This document shows positions 1 through 9,437 of a stretch of 64,000 nucleotides of DNA, piece after piece. The position numbers and the translations under genes were made by a program. Under the pieces are notes generated by a model, which saw only the letters and a list, made by a program, of their open reading frames with translations, did not search any database and was not told the DNA's origin. Each line of letters opens with the position of its first letter. The first letter of the stretch is position 1. The stretch is from a virus: the IMG/VR virus record IMGVR_UViG_3300034152_001291, positions 32,001-96,000 of that record; one strand, given 5' to 3'.

Positions 1-235
1 GAGGGAGATGGGTCTCCTCTCGCCCCCGGCGGGAATGCTTCCCCAGGGGGCTCCGCCGATGCCCATGCCGGCCCCTCCGGCCGGACCGATGCCGGCGCCC
101 GTGCCGGGAGCCGCGCCCCTGCCGGGAGCAGCGTCCCCGGCGGCACCCGCGCCGCCTCCGCCGCCCCCGCCCTCGCCGGGTCCCGGAGTTCCCGAAAGTC
201 CCATGGAGGCGGCGTCGCCTCCTCGAAGAATGTAG
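1..235 (+). CDS. 3' end of a protein with a Pro/Ala-rich C-terminal tail (probably partial)
   Basis: Frame is open from the window edge to TAG at 233-235; low-complexity PAPPAG tail resembles the Pro-rich tail of the portal ORF. Confidence 0.55.
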   Translation, partial: REMGLLSPPAGMLPQGAPPMPMPAPPAGPMPAPVPGAAPLPGAASPAAPAPPPPPPPSPGPGVPESPMEAASPPRRM

Positions 236-237
236 GT

Positions 238-260
238 TTGGACCCGCACGACGGGACCAA
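238..260. promoter_or_regulatory. 23-bp palindromic motif, copy 1 (TTGGACCCG-cacga-CGGGACCAA)
   Basis: Intergenic, just upstream of a GGAGG RBS; same 9-5-9 dyad at 20985, 46251 and 53059. Confidence 0.65.
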
Positions 261-272
261 ACGGAGGTGAGC

Positions 273-1436
273 ATGATGTTCAAGATGGCAGGAGCCGTCG
301 TCGACTTCTACGACGACCCCGACTTCCATTCCTCGTCCCGAGCCCAGGAGTTGATGAAGGAAGGGATGGTCACGCCCGTAGAGGACCTCGATTCCCTTCG
401 GGACAAGGACTTCGCGGTCAAGATCATCACCAAGGTCGGCCAGCACCGGAAGTTCCCGATCAACACGCCGGCCGCAGCGGCTCTCTCCGGGAGGTACTTC
501 GAGGAGATCGAGTCCCGCCTTCCTGAAGGAATCCGGAAGGTGGCGGGGTTCTTCCTGAAGAGAGCTCACGACCTCTACGGTCTCGACTTCCCCCCGTCCC
601 TCCTCGAGCCCTTCGAGCCCGTGCCTCACAACGAGGCCGAGATGGAGCCGGCCGTCCCGCCCCTCCACGCCTCGTCGGACGGAGTGGCCAAGCTCGCTCA
701 GCACGGTTTCGTCTCGCGGGCGAGGAGCACGCCTCCCCTGGAGAAGGTGGCGAGGGCCCGGGAGGTCGCCCAGATTCTCCAGAAGGTCGGCGAGCCCCTG
801 ACCGAGCAGGAGGTCTGGGACTACGTCCCGAAGTACGAGTACGGGCCCCATGCCGAGGAGATGCTTCGACAGAGGGTCTCCCTGGCGAAGAACGCGGGCC
901 TCTCGAAGCAGGCGGCACTGAAGGGAATCCTCAAGGAGGCGGCCAAGATGTCACCCCTGGAGGCTCCCTTCCTGATCCACCAGTACGACAAGACCGCGGG
1001 GCTCGATCTCCGCTACGGGATGGGCGGGGTCGTCGATCCCTTCTTCGGGGCCTGGGGAGGCTTCCCGCTCCCGAAGGCCGCTGGCGTCAAGGAGGACCTC
1101 CTGAAGTACAAGCTGGAGACGATCGCGATCTACGATCAGCTTCTCCGCCGGAACTTCGGGGAGCCCTTCGTCACGAAGTTCACGCAGGACCCCAAGGGAA
1201 CCTACGAGACGGCTGACGAGGCCCACAAGAAGGTTCTCGACTACTTGATGGAGAACATCCCGACCAAGCGCAGCGAGGACGACCAGGACCCCGAGAAGGC
1301 GGGGCGGCAGCACGACAAGATCGAGGGGAGCGTCACCAAGGCCCTCGAGAAGGAGCAGGCGAGGCCGTCCGAGAAACCCCGCGGGAGCGTCTGGAACGCC
1401 AGCAGTCTGTTAGGGGCCACGAATGACGGTCTCTGA
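273..1436 (+). CDS. K-x-A-motif-rich putative virion head protein
   Basis: GGAGG RBS then ATG at 273; motifs FKMAG, RKVAG, AKLAQ, EKVAR, SKQAA, DKTAG; phage-like codon usage. Confidence 0.7.
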   Translation: MMFKMAGAVVDFYDDPDFHSSSRAQELMKEGMVTPVEDLDSLRDKDFAVKIITKVGQHRKFPINTPAAAALSGRYFEEIESRLPEGIRKVAGFFLKRAHDLYGLDFPPSLLEPFEPVPHNEAEMEPAVPPLHASSDGVAKLAQHGFVSRARSTPPLEKVARAREVAQILQKVGEPLTEQEVWDYVPKYEYGPHAEEMLRQRVSLAKNAGLSKQAALKGILKEAAKMSPLEAPFLIHQYDKTAGLDLRYGMGGVVDPFFGAWGGFPLPKAAGVKEDLLKYKLETIAIYDQLLRRNFGEPFVTKFTQDPKGTYETADEAHKKVLDYLMENIPTKRSEDDQDPEKAGRQHDKIEGSVTKALEKEQARPSEKPRGSVWNASSLLGATNDGL

Positions 1437-2049
1437 GGTCATTCTTCACGAGGAGGTCCTGCCGAGGACCCTGAAGTCCCTTCTCGACGCGAGGTTTCCG
1501 GAGTGGCACAAGTGGGAGCCGGAGACGCTCGAGACGGAGCTTCGTGACCTCATCGGGGCCCCGGTCCTTCCGGAAGTATTCGAAAGGATCATGGCCCTCC
1601 AGACCTTCCTCAACACGGAGCTGTTCTGGGACGACGTTCTCGTCTTCGAGAACATCTGCCTGGCGTTCAACGGTTCTCACGTGGACCCCGACCTCATCCA
1701 GGGGGCGTCGCCGCGAGAGATCGCCTTCGGCGTCATGGCGGCGAATCAGGTGCGAAAGCATGACAACTACGTCTCCGACATCCTGGAGTACATCCGGCAG
1801 TCTCACAAGACCCACGGGGTGCTCGTCTACCACCCGATCCTCCGGTTCGCGCAGCCCCATTACGACGGCTTCCGCGAGCAGATCGCCAGGTTCGTGAAGA
1901 ACCGGGTTCGGAAGAGCGAGCCTCCCCCGGAAGAGATCGACCAGAAGAGCCCAATCGAAGTCCAGTACATGAAGACCTTCGATTGCATCGCCTACGTCCG
2001 GGAAAAGATGGAACTCGGTGAGCAGGTAGAGCGGCAAACAGGCCGATGA
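1423..2049 (+). CDS. hypothetical phage protein
   Basis: 208-aa ORF overlapping the upstream stop, GC3-rich codons, in the structural operon. Confidence 0.75.
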   Translation: MTVSEVILHEEVLPRTLKSLLDARFPEWHKWEPETLETELRDLIGAPVLPEVFERIMALQTFLNTELFWDDVLVFENICLAFNGSHVDPDLIQGASPREIAFGVMAANQVRKHDNYVSDILEYIRQSHKTHGVLVYHPILRFAQPHYDGFREQIARFVKNRVRKSEPPPEEIDQKSPIEVQYMKTFDCIAYVREKMELGEQVERQTGR

Positions 2050-2059
2050 GGAGTAAGTC

Positions 2060-3937
2060 TTGTCCACCGCCGATATTCGAGGACAGGTGAGCGATCGCGC
2101 CTACCCGGCGCCGAACTACCGTAGACTCGGTCTGGACATCTACCCGAGTCCGTATTTCGACCCTTCCAGCTGGTACATGCCCCCGACCATCAAGGAGCTG
2201 TTCCGCTGGTGCCTGTTCTTCTACCTGACCAACTCCACGATCGGTCCGATCATCCGGAAGAAGGCCTCCTACCTGATCACGGACCTGATCTACAGCACCA
2301 TGTCCTCGCGGACGAAGGACATCTGGAAGAACCTTCTCGAGAAGAGCCTCAAGATCAAGGAGTTCGAGTTCATCCTGATGATCGACTTCGAGGTGTTCGG
2401 GAACGCCTACGCCTCGATCATCTACCCCTTCGACCGCTTCCTGGTCTGCAAGAGCTGCGGCTTCGAGAACCTCATCGGGTCTTCCAAGTGGGAATACGAC
2501 GGGGCCAACTTCATCGTCAAGTGCAAGGAGTGCCACACGAAGCAGACGGCGAAGGTCAAGGACGTCCCCGTCAGGAACCGGAACCGGGTCCGCCTCCACA
2601 GGTGGTTCCCGATGTACATCGATCCCAAGAAAAACCCGATCACGGGGAAGACCCGGTACATCTACCGGATTCCGGGCTGGATCAAGAACAAGGTCAAGGA
2701 CCAGAAGATCAACAAGATCTACGTGGAGGACACGCCGCTCGAATTCCTCGAGGCGATCAAGAAGAACCAGGTGATCGAGCTGGACCCCGACAACCTCTAC
2801 CACTTCAAGCACGAGTCCGTCTCCATGGACGACGACTCGCTGGGGATTCCGCAGCTCCTCAACGTCATGAAGGACGCCTGGCTCTACTCCACCTACAACA
2901 AGTCCCAGGAGGCGGTGGCACTCGAGCACGTCCTTCCCCTCGACCTCATCTCGCCGGCGCCGGCGGCGGGGGCTCCCGCTCCGCACATGAGCACGGACCT
3001 CGGGACGTGGCGGGGCAGGATACAGAACATCATTTCCAACTGGCGCCGCGACCCCAACGCCCTGTTTCCCGTTCCCTTCCCGGTACAGGTGTCCCGTGTT
3101 CGCGGCGACGCGCAGGCCCTGACGCTTCACAACGACCTCCAGATGGTCCGGCAGCAGATCGCCGGCGGCCTCGACGTCCCTCCGGACTTCGTCTACGGGA
3201 ACATGACCTGGAGCGGAGGAAACGTCACGCTTCGGGTCCTCGAGAACCTCCTGATCAACCGCCTGTCCCGTCTCGAGTTCTTCGTTTCGGAATGGGTCGT
3301 TCCGCGGATGCGGAGATTCTTCCTTCTCCCTGCATGCGAGATCCGCCACCAGGAATTCAAGATGGCGGACGACGTGCAGCAGAAGCGGATCGCCATGGAG
3401 CTGCGCGCGACGAATACCGTGTCCGACAAGACCGTCCTCGAGGAGCTCGGCTTCGACCCGCACAAGGAGGAGGTCCGGAAGAACAAGGAGATGGAGCAGC
3501 GCCTGGCCGACATGAGGAAGCAGCAGATCGCCCAGGCCGAGATCGAGGCCGAGGTCAACATCATCCGGGCGAAGGCGGAGGCCGAGATCAGGAAGGTTCA
3601 GCAGGAGAGCATGGGGCAGCCCGGAATGGAGGGGCAGATGCCCGCGGAGCAGATTCCCACGGAGGTGCAGCCCGCGCAGGCTCCCGCGCCTCAGGCGCCT
3701 GCGCGTCCTCAAGCGCCCCCGCCGGAGGTTCTTGAAGCTCAGGTCATGAACTTCATGAAAAGCGTGCCTCCGGAGCAGCAGGAGTACCAGCTGAACGTGC
3801 TTGCCCAGCAAGATCCCATGTTGGCGAGGGCGATCCGCAGTCACCTGCTCCGGATTCAGAAGGGAAACCGGGAAGCATTTCGACCTCTTCCGGAACAGAA
3901 GCCCCCGGCAAGAGGGCCCGAGACGGCTCTTGTATAA
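2060..3937 (+). CDS. putative portal protein with Zn-ribbon insertion
   Basis: 625 aa, GAGGAG RBS; portal-like layout (FEVFGNAY, LYHFKH...LGIPQL, IAGGLDVPPDFVYG, C-terminal Q/P-rich coil); CKSC...CKEC insertion. Confidence 0.65.
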   Translation: MSTADIRGQVSDRAYPAPNYRRLGLDIYPSPYFDPSSWYMPPTIKELFRWCLFFYLTNSTIGPIIRKKASYLITDLIYSTMSSRTKDIWKNLLEKSLKIKEFEFILMIDFEVFGNAYASIIYPFDRFLVCKSCGFENLIGSSKWEYDGANFIVKCKECHTKQTAKVKDVPVRNRNRVRLHRWFPMYIDPKKNPITGKTRYIYRIPGWIKNKVKDQKINKIYVEDTPLEFLEAIKKNQVIELDPDNLYHFKHESVSMDDDSLGIPQLLNVMKDAWLYSTYNKSQEAVALEHVLPLDLISPAPAAGAPAPHMSTDLGTWRGRIQNIISNWRRDPNALFPVPFPVQVSRVRGDAQALTLHNDLQMVRQQIAGGLDVPPDFVYGNMTWSGGNVTLRVLENLLINRLSRLEFFVSEWVVPRMRRFFLLPACEIRHQEFKMADDVQQKRIAMELRATNTVSDKTVLEELGFDPHKEEVRKNKEMEQRLADMRKQQIAQAEIEAEVNIIRAKAEAEIRKVQQESMGQPGMEGQMPAEQIPTEVQPAQAPAPQAPARPQAPPPEVLEAQVMNFMKSVPPEQQEYQLNVLAQQDPMLARAIRSHLLRIQKGNREAFRPLPEQKPPARGPETALV

Positions 3938-3949
3938 AGGAGAAGCACG

Positions 3950-4078
3950 ATGGGATTCGAGGAGACTTTCGTCCTGAGCCGCGGAACCGTCGTAGGCACC
4001 CGGGGCCTCAAAGGGGCCCTGAAGGGGGCACTCTATGGCGGGGCCGGGGGATTCCTTCTCCGGAAGAAGAGAGACTGA
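3950..4078 (+). CDS. 42-aa glycine-zipper peptide (not in ORF track)
   Basis: AAGGAG RBS; MGFEETFVLSRGTVVGTRGLKGALKGALYGGAGGFLLRKKRD; fills the gap between portal and next gene. Confidence 0.6.
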   Translation: MGFEETFVLSRGTVVGTRGLKGALKGALYGGAGGFLLRKKRD

Positions 4079-4084
4079 CGAGCG

Positions 4085-4822
4085 ATGCCGAAACCCACAA
4101 CGGAAAATTTCGACATCCCGAAAGAGATCTTCGGGACGGGAATCGCCGACGCCGAGACCTACAACGACGCTATGGACCGGATCGATGACATCCTTCTCCG
4201 TGGCAAAAATTGGAAGGAGCCCGTCGCGACAATCCTGGATCTCCCTTTATCAGGCAACGATGACGGTGACACTCGCGTGGTCCTGGCCGACGCCGAGATC
4301 TACGTCTGGGTGACCGCCCTCGGCGGCTGGCAATCCTCGACGGTGGGCGGCGATTCGCACTGGAAAGCTCCCGTTACGTCTCCGCTGGCTCTGCCCACCA
4401 CCGGCAACAGCCCTGGCGATGTCCGGGTGGTTCTGAGCGATCTAGCGGCCTACGTCTGGAGCGGTACGGGTTGGCAGTACCTGGTGGCCCTGGACAAGAC
4501 CCACGAGACCTACCCGTTCGCCCGGGCCGCGATTCTGACGAACGGCTTCACCAATGTGGTGGACGCGGTGCCGTCCAACTTGATCGGGTACCCCCAGCGG
4601 ACCAACGGCCTGCTCATTGCCGTGACGGCGGCCTTCTTCCTCCCATCCACCTGCACGGTGAGGATCTGGAACAAGGGCGTGGCCGTGTTGGATTCCCTGA
4701 ACGTGGTGAACACCACCTTCGCCACGAAGGTCAGCAGCGTGGCCATCACGCAGGGAATGGAGTTGTCCTGCGACGTGGTGGGGACGGCGAACGGAATCGT
4801 GGCAACGGCGATCGTGGAGTGA
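4085..4822 (+). CDS. virion fibre/accessory protein with a duplicated module
   Basis: Two copies of WKxPV...LPxxGNxxGDxRVVL...YVW...W, a module typical of phage fibre proteins. Confidence 0.65.
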   Translation: MPKPTTENFDIPKEIFGTGIADAETYNDAMDRIDDILLRGKNWKEPVATILDLPLSGNDDGDTRVVLADAEIYVWVTALGGWQSSTVGGDSHWKAPVTSPLALPTTGNSPGDVRVVLSDLAAYVWSGTGWQYLVALDKTHETYPFARAAILTNGFTNVVDAVPSNLIGYPQRTNGLLIAVTAAFFLPSTCTVRIWNKGVAVLDSLNVVNTTFATKVSSVAITQGMELSCDVVGTANGIVATAIVE

Positions 4823-4826
4823 TCCA

Positions 4827-6176
4827 ATGGCGCGATCTGTCATCTTCGTGAACAACAGCGGCACCGACTGGGATCTTCCCGGTCTCGGGGGCCGTATCGT
4901 CCCGGCCGCCGGCACTCTCGACGTCACCAACGAGATCACCGACGACGAATTGATCGCCGCGCTCCAGAACCCGCTCGCCGGGATCGTGTTCGCGGCCGAT
5001 CGCTTCCTGCGCGTCAACGGCGTGGACTGGACACAGGCGCAGTCCGAGAACTACGGGAACCAGGCCGACCCTACGGCCACTCCGGCGGCGAACCACGCGC
5101 TGGGGGGCACTCAGCACGAGACCGACACGCTTGCCAACCTCAACGCCAAGATCAGCGACGACGATGTCCAAGGCACCTCTCAGAAAGGAGCGGCGAACGG
5201 TTACGCTTCTCTGGGTGCAGCCGCGGAGGTTCCTAACATCGAACTTCCGGGCCACCCTGACTTCCACGAGGCCGGAGGAAAGGGCGAGATCAGCATCTCT
5301 GGATTGGCGGGCGTGGCTGGAGATCCGCAGGTTCCTCAGGCCCACGCCCCCAATCATGAAGGTGGATCCGACCCCATCTCTCCCGCAGGAATAGGAGCCG
5401 AGTCGGCGTTCTCCAAGAATACGGCCTTCAACAAGAACTTCGGGTCAGGCGCGGGAACGGTGTGTGAAGGGGATGACGCCCGGCTTTCCGACGCTCGCGA
5501 TCCCACGGCTCACCCGCTCGCTTCCGGTGCGGGGCCGCACACGGGCGATCTCCCCTGGAGCGAACTCAACAAGACTGGCTCCAGCCTCGCCGATCTCGCC
5601 ACCCGAGCGCACGCGAACCTCACGGGGGTCGGCGCGGACGATCACCACAACCGGCAGCACGCCCTGGACAGCGGCTCGGATCACACAGGCGCGATTACGG
5701 ATGCCCAGCATGGCTCTCGTGGCGGGAGCGCCCTTCACTCCGCCGCCACTCCGAGCGTCAACGGGTTCATGTCCTCGGCGGACAAGACGAAACTGGACGC
5801 TTTTGGGACGCCCCAGCAGGCCAGCGCCACGAGCAATGCTACCACGTCCAGCGGCGGGGACGTGCTGATGGCCGGGATGACCCTGACGCCCGGCGCGGGC
5901 AACTACATCGTCAACTTCAGCACGTCGCTGAACATCAATGCCAGCAACCAGACCGGGTTCATCTCGGTGTATGTCAACGGCGTTCAGGTGACCCACACGG
6001 AGCGTAGATATGCCAGCCCGGGTTTCGTCGGAGCCCAGCTGATCATCCCGATCTCCGTCTGCGCCTACATCACCGGAGTCGGCGCGGGACAGGCCGTGGA
6101 GATTCGGTGGCGCAGCACCGGCGGCGCGACTCTCACGGTGCCCCAGAGGACCCTCGTTCTTCAGAAGGTGATGTAA
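4827..6176 (+). CDS. tail-fibre-like protein with His-rich repeats
   Basis: KGAANGYASL, GDDARLSDAR, GFMSSADKTKLD fibre motifs; multiple HxxxH motifs; beta-rich C-terminal domain. Confidence 0.7.
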   Translation: MARSVIFVNNSGTDWDLPGLGGRIVPAAGTLDVTNEITDDELIAALQNPLAGIVFAADRFLRVNGVDWTQAQSENYGNQADPTATPAANHALGGTQHETDTLANLNAKISDDDVQGTSQKGAANGYASLGAAAEVPNIELPGHPDFHEAGGKGEISISGLAGVAGDPQVPQAHAPNHEGGSDPISPAGIGAESAFSKNTAFNKNFGSGAGTVCEGDDARLSDARDPTAHPLASGAGPHTGDLPWSELNKTGSSLADLATRAHANLTGVGADDHHNRQHALDSGSDHTGAITDAQHGSRGGSALHSAATPSVNGFMSSADKTKLDAFGTPQQASATSNATTSSGGDVLMAGMTLTPGAGNYIVNFSTSLNINASNQTGFISVYVNGVQVTHTERRYASPGFVGAQLIIPISVCAYITGVGAGQAVEIRWRSTGGATLTVPQRTLVLQKVM

Positions 6177-7102
6177 TGACCCTGACCAAGTATGAATACG
6201 CGTACTCGGCCTTCACGGGGCTCACTCCCCCGCACACGAAGCCGAATTCTGGCCGCTTGAAGGACGACATCCGGAAGAGCACGATCGTCACGGCCGAAGA
6301 CTACATCGACACCGATGACGGCACCCAGGCCTGCGACATTTGGTTCAAGGACGCTTTGAGCCAGGATGACCAGACTACGCTGGACGCGGTCGTGGCGGCC
6401 CACAGTGGGATCCCGATGACTCCGGCGCTTCCTGTTCAGCCGGTCAAGGAGATCGACGTTGCCGATCTCGACTCCAACTACGCCAGGACCAAGGTGCAGG
6501 GCGTCAATTTTAGCGCCGATCCCGGGATGTGGACCAAGAAGGTCGAGTCTTGGCCTTATTCCGTCGACATCCTGAACGGGGAGGGATACGCCGGATTTGC
6601 TGATGACGGCGACAAGTCTGCCTTCCGGATTGTGCCCACGTTGGTAGGCGTGGCGGTGGCCCCGGCTTCGCAGGACGCCACACAGATCGTGGTCGACGAT
6701 GGGATCAAGGCTCTGTTTGTCAACAAGACGATCTTTCCGGGCATGTACCTCAAGTTCGAGCGCGGCGGAGACCCCCAGGATCCTCAGGGTCCCGATAATC
6801 CAGATCCGGAGACCGACGAATACGAGATCGTGTCTTTCGATCCCGATACGAACACCGTGACGCTGGGAACCGGGCTGTCGACCGGAATCAGCGCGATGGA
6901 TCTCGTCTACCTGGTGATCTACTACGGGGAGTCGATCGAGCTCCAGCAGGGGGAGAACGTGGATGTCGGGGGGAGGGCCGCCGGTGCCGCTCCGGTTCCT
7001 GCCGATACCGAATTCGAGATCTGGTACTACAACGTCGGAGCGTCACAGAAGAGGGCTCGGCTGCGGCTGAACTACAAGTACGGGCCTTTGAAGGAGGAGT
7101 AG
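6176..7102 (+). CDS. putative virion structural protein
   Basis: ATG overlaps the upstream stop (TAATG); acidic, beta-rich sequence. Confidence 0.65.
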   Translation: MTLTKYEYAYSAFTGLTPPHTKPNSGRLKDDIRKSTIVTAEDYIDTDDGTQACDIWFKDALSQDDQTTLDAVVAAHSGIPMTPALPVQPVKEIDVADLDSNYARTKVQGVNFSADPGMWTKKVESWPYSVDILNGEGYAGFADDGDKSAFRIVPTLVGVAVAPASQDATQIVVDDGIKALFVNKTIFPGMYLKFERGGDPQDPQGPDNPDPETDEYEIVSFDPDTNTVTLGTGLSTGISAMDLVYLVIYYGESIELQQGENVDVGGRAAGAAPVPADTEFEIWYYNVGASQKRARLRLNYKYGPLKEE

Positions 7103-7104
7103 GT

Positions 7105-8160
7105 ATGGGAATCAGTGATCGAGTCAGATTCCCGCAGGCCTTCCCTACGGGTCTGGTCGTGGGGGACGAGTTTTCCGAATTTTCCGAGTCTCTGCTGAGA
7201 TTTCTCAGTCTTTTCGTGAACATGGGCGCATACGTCGTGCACCCTTCGGGGGAGGGGGGTTCGATCGAGACGTTCGCCAAGGTGATGGCCCAGGCTCGAG
7301 AGGTGCCTGAGGGCTGGCCGGTCATCATCAACCTCGTTCCCAACACTGAGTACACCGAAGACCTGGTGGTCCCCCAAGAACTCGCCGAGACTCACGACTT
7401 CTACGTGATGAATCCCTTCGAGGATTACACGGAGTCCGAGCACACCATCAACTTCACCGGCGATATCATCCTTCCCGAGATCCATACCTGGCCGACGCGC
7501 CGCAAGATGTTCAACCTTTTCGGGATTCAGACCCAGAACATCGAGTTCCAGACCGACAGCGGGTGGGACTGCAATGTGCGCCGCGGTCAGCACAGCAATA
7601 TGACGGTCAAGCGCCGCCACCAGGCCGAGGGCTCCAAGATGTGGTTCCACGACTGCATCCTCGACGGGAACTTCACAATGGAGGATCTCGACAACGGGAC
7701 AGCCGGCTCCCACCTCTACATCAGCCACTGCTCGATGATCAATTCGGACAATCCCGAGGCTGCATTCAAACTCCGTGGGAGCTACACCTTCCAGATCATC
7801 GAGAGCTACGTCCAGTGGTTCTTCAGTACCGGAGGCGGGCTGTTCAATTTCAACAGTGGGGCTTTTTTCACCGGCTACGTCAAGCTCACCGGCAACAGCT
7901 TCATCTGCTGGATGTCGGGATCTCCTCTTCTGTTCCGGAACGGGATCAACACCAACATCGAATGGGAAGGCAACAACACCATCCAAAAGAGATCCGGCGG
8001 TGCGTCCTCCTTCGATTTTGGTGCCGTACAGAAGAACACCGGATGGCCCGATTGCCGTCTTGAAGGAATCCTTCCCACGAACCCTCCGAATGGTTGCCGA
8101 GCTTCGGACGACAAGAGCGACTACAAGGACAAGGTCTGGAACGGCACCGCTTGGGGATAG
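7105..8160 (+). CDS. putative beta-helix/receptor-binding-like protein
   Basis: 351 aa, GGAGG RBS; Asn/Phe/Ile-rich beta pattern; visibly lower GC than neighbours. Confidence 0.5.
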   Translation: MGISDRVRFPQAFPTGLVVGDEFSEFSESLLRFLSLFVNMGAYVVHPSGEGGSIETFAKVMAQAREVPEGWPVIINLVPNTEYTEDLVVPQELAETHDFYVMNPFEDYTESEHTINFTGDIILPEIHTWPTRRKMFNLFGIQTQNIEFQTDSGWDCNVRRGQHSNMTVKRRHQAEGSKMWFHDCILDGNFTMEDLDNGTAGSHLYISHCSMINSDNPEAAFKLRGSYTFQIIESYVQWFFSTGGGLFNFNSGAFFTGYVKLTGNSFICWMSGSPLLFRNGINTNIEWEGNNTIQKRSGGASSFDFGAVQKNTGWPDCRLEGILPTNPPNGCRASDDKSDYKDKVWNGTAWG

Positions 8161-8169
8161 GAGGCCGAG

Positions 8170-8358
8170 ATGCTCACGTACAGGTACCAGGATTTCTGGG
8201 ATGCCGTGGACGGCGGCGTCCTCACGGGCGGCGAGCCTGACGATCTCAAGACCGCGGCCGAGAACGGTACGGTAGCAGTGCTGCTTGCTGACTGGGCCCA
8301 AAACCATGCGGATGAGGATTTCAGGGCCGTCTGCGAGGCCACTCTGGGTCTGTTGTAG
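8170..8358 (+). CDS. small hypothetical protein
   Basis: GGAGG RBS, 62 aa, tightly packed. Confidence 0.6.
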   Translation: MLTYRYQDFWDAVDGGVLTGGEPDDLKTAAENGTVAVLLADWAQNHADEDFRAVCEATLGLL

Positions 8359-8383
8359 GAGCAATGTTGCGGGAGGCCGAACA

Positions 8384-8650
8384 ATGGAATCCGAAGAGCT
8401 GCCGATCGAGAAAATCAGGGAGGACTGTCCGAGCGCGGCGGCCAGTCTGGAGATTGCGAACTCCATTATTCTCAAACTGGAGGAGTTTCTCGATGGCGGG
8501 AGAAACGGACGCAATGTGGGAGGGGTTCGAGCGTCGACTGGCACGGATCGAGCAGCTCGTGACCCAATTACTGGACCGTTTGAGTTCGACTCAAGCAAAC
8601 GTGTCCTCCGTCGAGCGGACCGTCACTGCGGTCCAGAAGGATCTGGTTGA
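8384..8650 (+). CDS. possible small protein overlapping the next gene
   Basis: GGAGG RBS before ATG 8384; first ~38 aa (MESEELPIEKIREDCPS...LEEFL) look protein-like. Confidence 0.35.
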   Translation: MESEELPIEKIREDCPSAAASLEIANSIILKLEEFLDGGRNGRNVGGVRASTGTDRAARDPITGPFEFDSSKRVLRRADRHCGPEGSG

Positions 8651-9047
8651 CCTTCGGGCCAGGATTCCGAGGGAATGCGAGGACCACAGAAGGAAAGTCA
8701 TCGAGGACATTCACGGGCAGATGGTTTCGTTGGAAAAGAGGATTCTCAGGGAGGTCGAGGACGTCGAGGAAAATTTGTCCGTCACCAAGGACGGGTTGAA
8801 CGGAAAAATGGAGAGAGAAGTCGGAAAAACCGTCGGGTACAAGGTCAGCGGCATCGAGTCGAGGATGAACAACCTGGCGGATGCTTTCGGGAATCTCGTG
8901 ACCAGGATCAAGTATCTCGAGGAGAATCCCCGCATTCCGGTGAAAGAAGAGAAGAAGATCGAGGTGGTTTCTCTTCTTTCTCTCCTGGTGTCCGTGGGAG
9001 TGGCCGTGGCCGCAATCATCTTCGGGATTCTGAACTCGACAGGATGA
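8493..9047 (+). CDS. coiled-coil protein with C-terminal transmembrane helix (holin/XhlA-like topology)
   Basis: GGAGGAG RBS before ATG 8493; heptad coil then VVSLLSLLVSVGVAVAAIIFGIL. Confidence 0.6.
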   Translation: MAGETDAMWEGFERRLARIEQLVTQLLDRLSSTQANVSSVERTVTAVQKDLVDLRARIPRECEDHRRKVIEDIHGQMVSLEKRILREVEDVEENLSVTKDGLNGKMEREVGKTVGYKVSGIESRMNNLADAFGNLVTRIKYLEENPRIPVKEEKKIEVVSLLSLLVSVGVAVAAIIFGILNSTG

Positions 9048-9051
9048 GAGC

Positions 9052-9285
9052 ATGAATGCCATCGAGCGAGCCTTCCGGGGAGAATTGGCCAAGATCGCCA
9101 AGATGGAGATCGAGGACCTTCGTCCTCCGATTGTGAAGTCCCGCCCCAAGGACCAGGATATCAAACCTCCCAAGAGGAAGGGCCCCGTCGCTCTGATCAT
9201 GGGCCCGAAAGGAGGATCAGAGGCGACGAAGAGCATGGGCAAGGCGATGGCGGCGATGGGCAAGCGCCCGGTGAGGTTCGTATGA
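9052..9285 (+). CDS. small basic protein with AF-x-x-E-L-x-K-I-A leader
   Basis: MNAIERAFRGELAKIAK followed by a Lys/Pro-rich tail. Confidence 0.7.
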   Translation: MNAIERAFRGELAKIAKMEIEDLRPPIVKSRPKDQDIKPPKRKGPVALIMGPKGGSEATKSMGKAMAAMGKRPVRFV

Positions 9286-9437
9286 CGGCGCTGGAGAGAG
9301 CGTTCCGGGAAGAGATGGCCAAGATCGCCCGGAAAGAGATTCCGAAGAACAGGGGGGCCGTGAAGACCGACGATGTTCCGGCCAAGACTAAGAAGGGTTT
9401 CGACTTCCTGTACGTCCATAGGAAGACTCGAGAATGA
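9282..9437 (+). CDS. 51-aa basic protein with AF-x-x-E-M-x-K-I-A leader (not in ORF track)
   Basis: MTALERAFREEMAKIARKEIPKNRGAVKTDDVPAKTKKGFDFLYVHRKTRE; ATGA overlaps with both neighbours. Confidence 0.75.
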   Translation: MTALERAFREEMAKIARKEIPKNRGAVKTDDVPAKTKKGFDFLYVHRKTRE

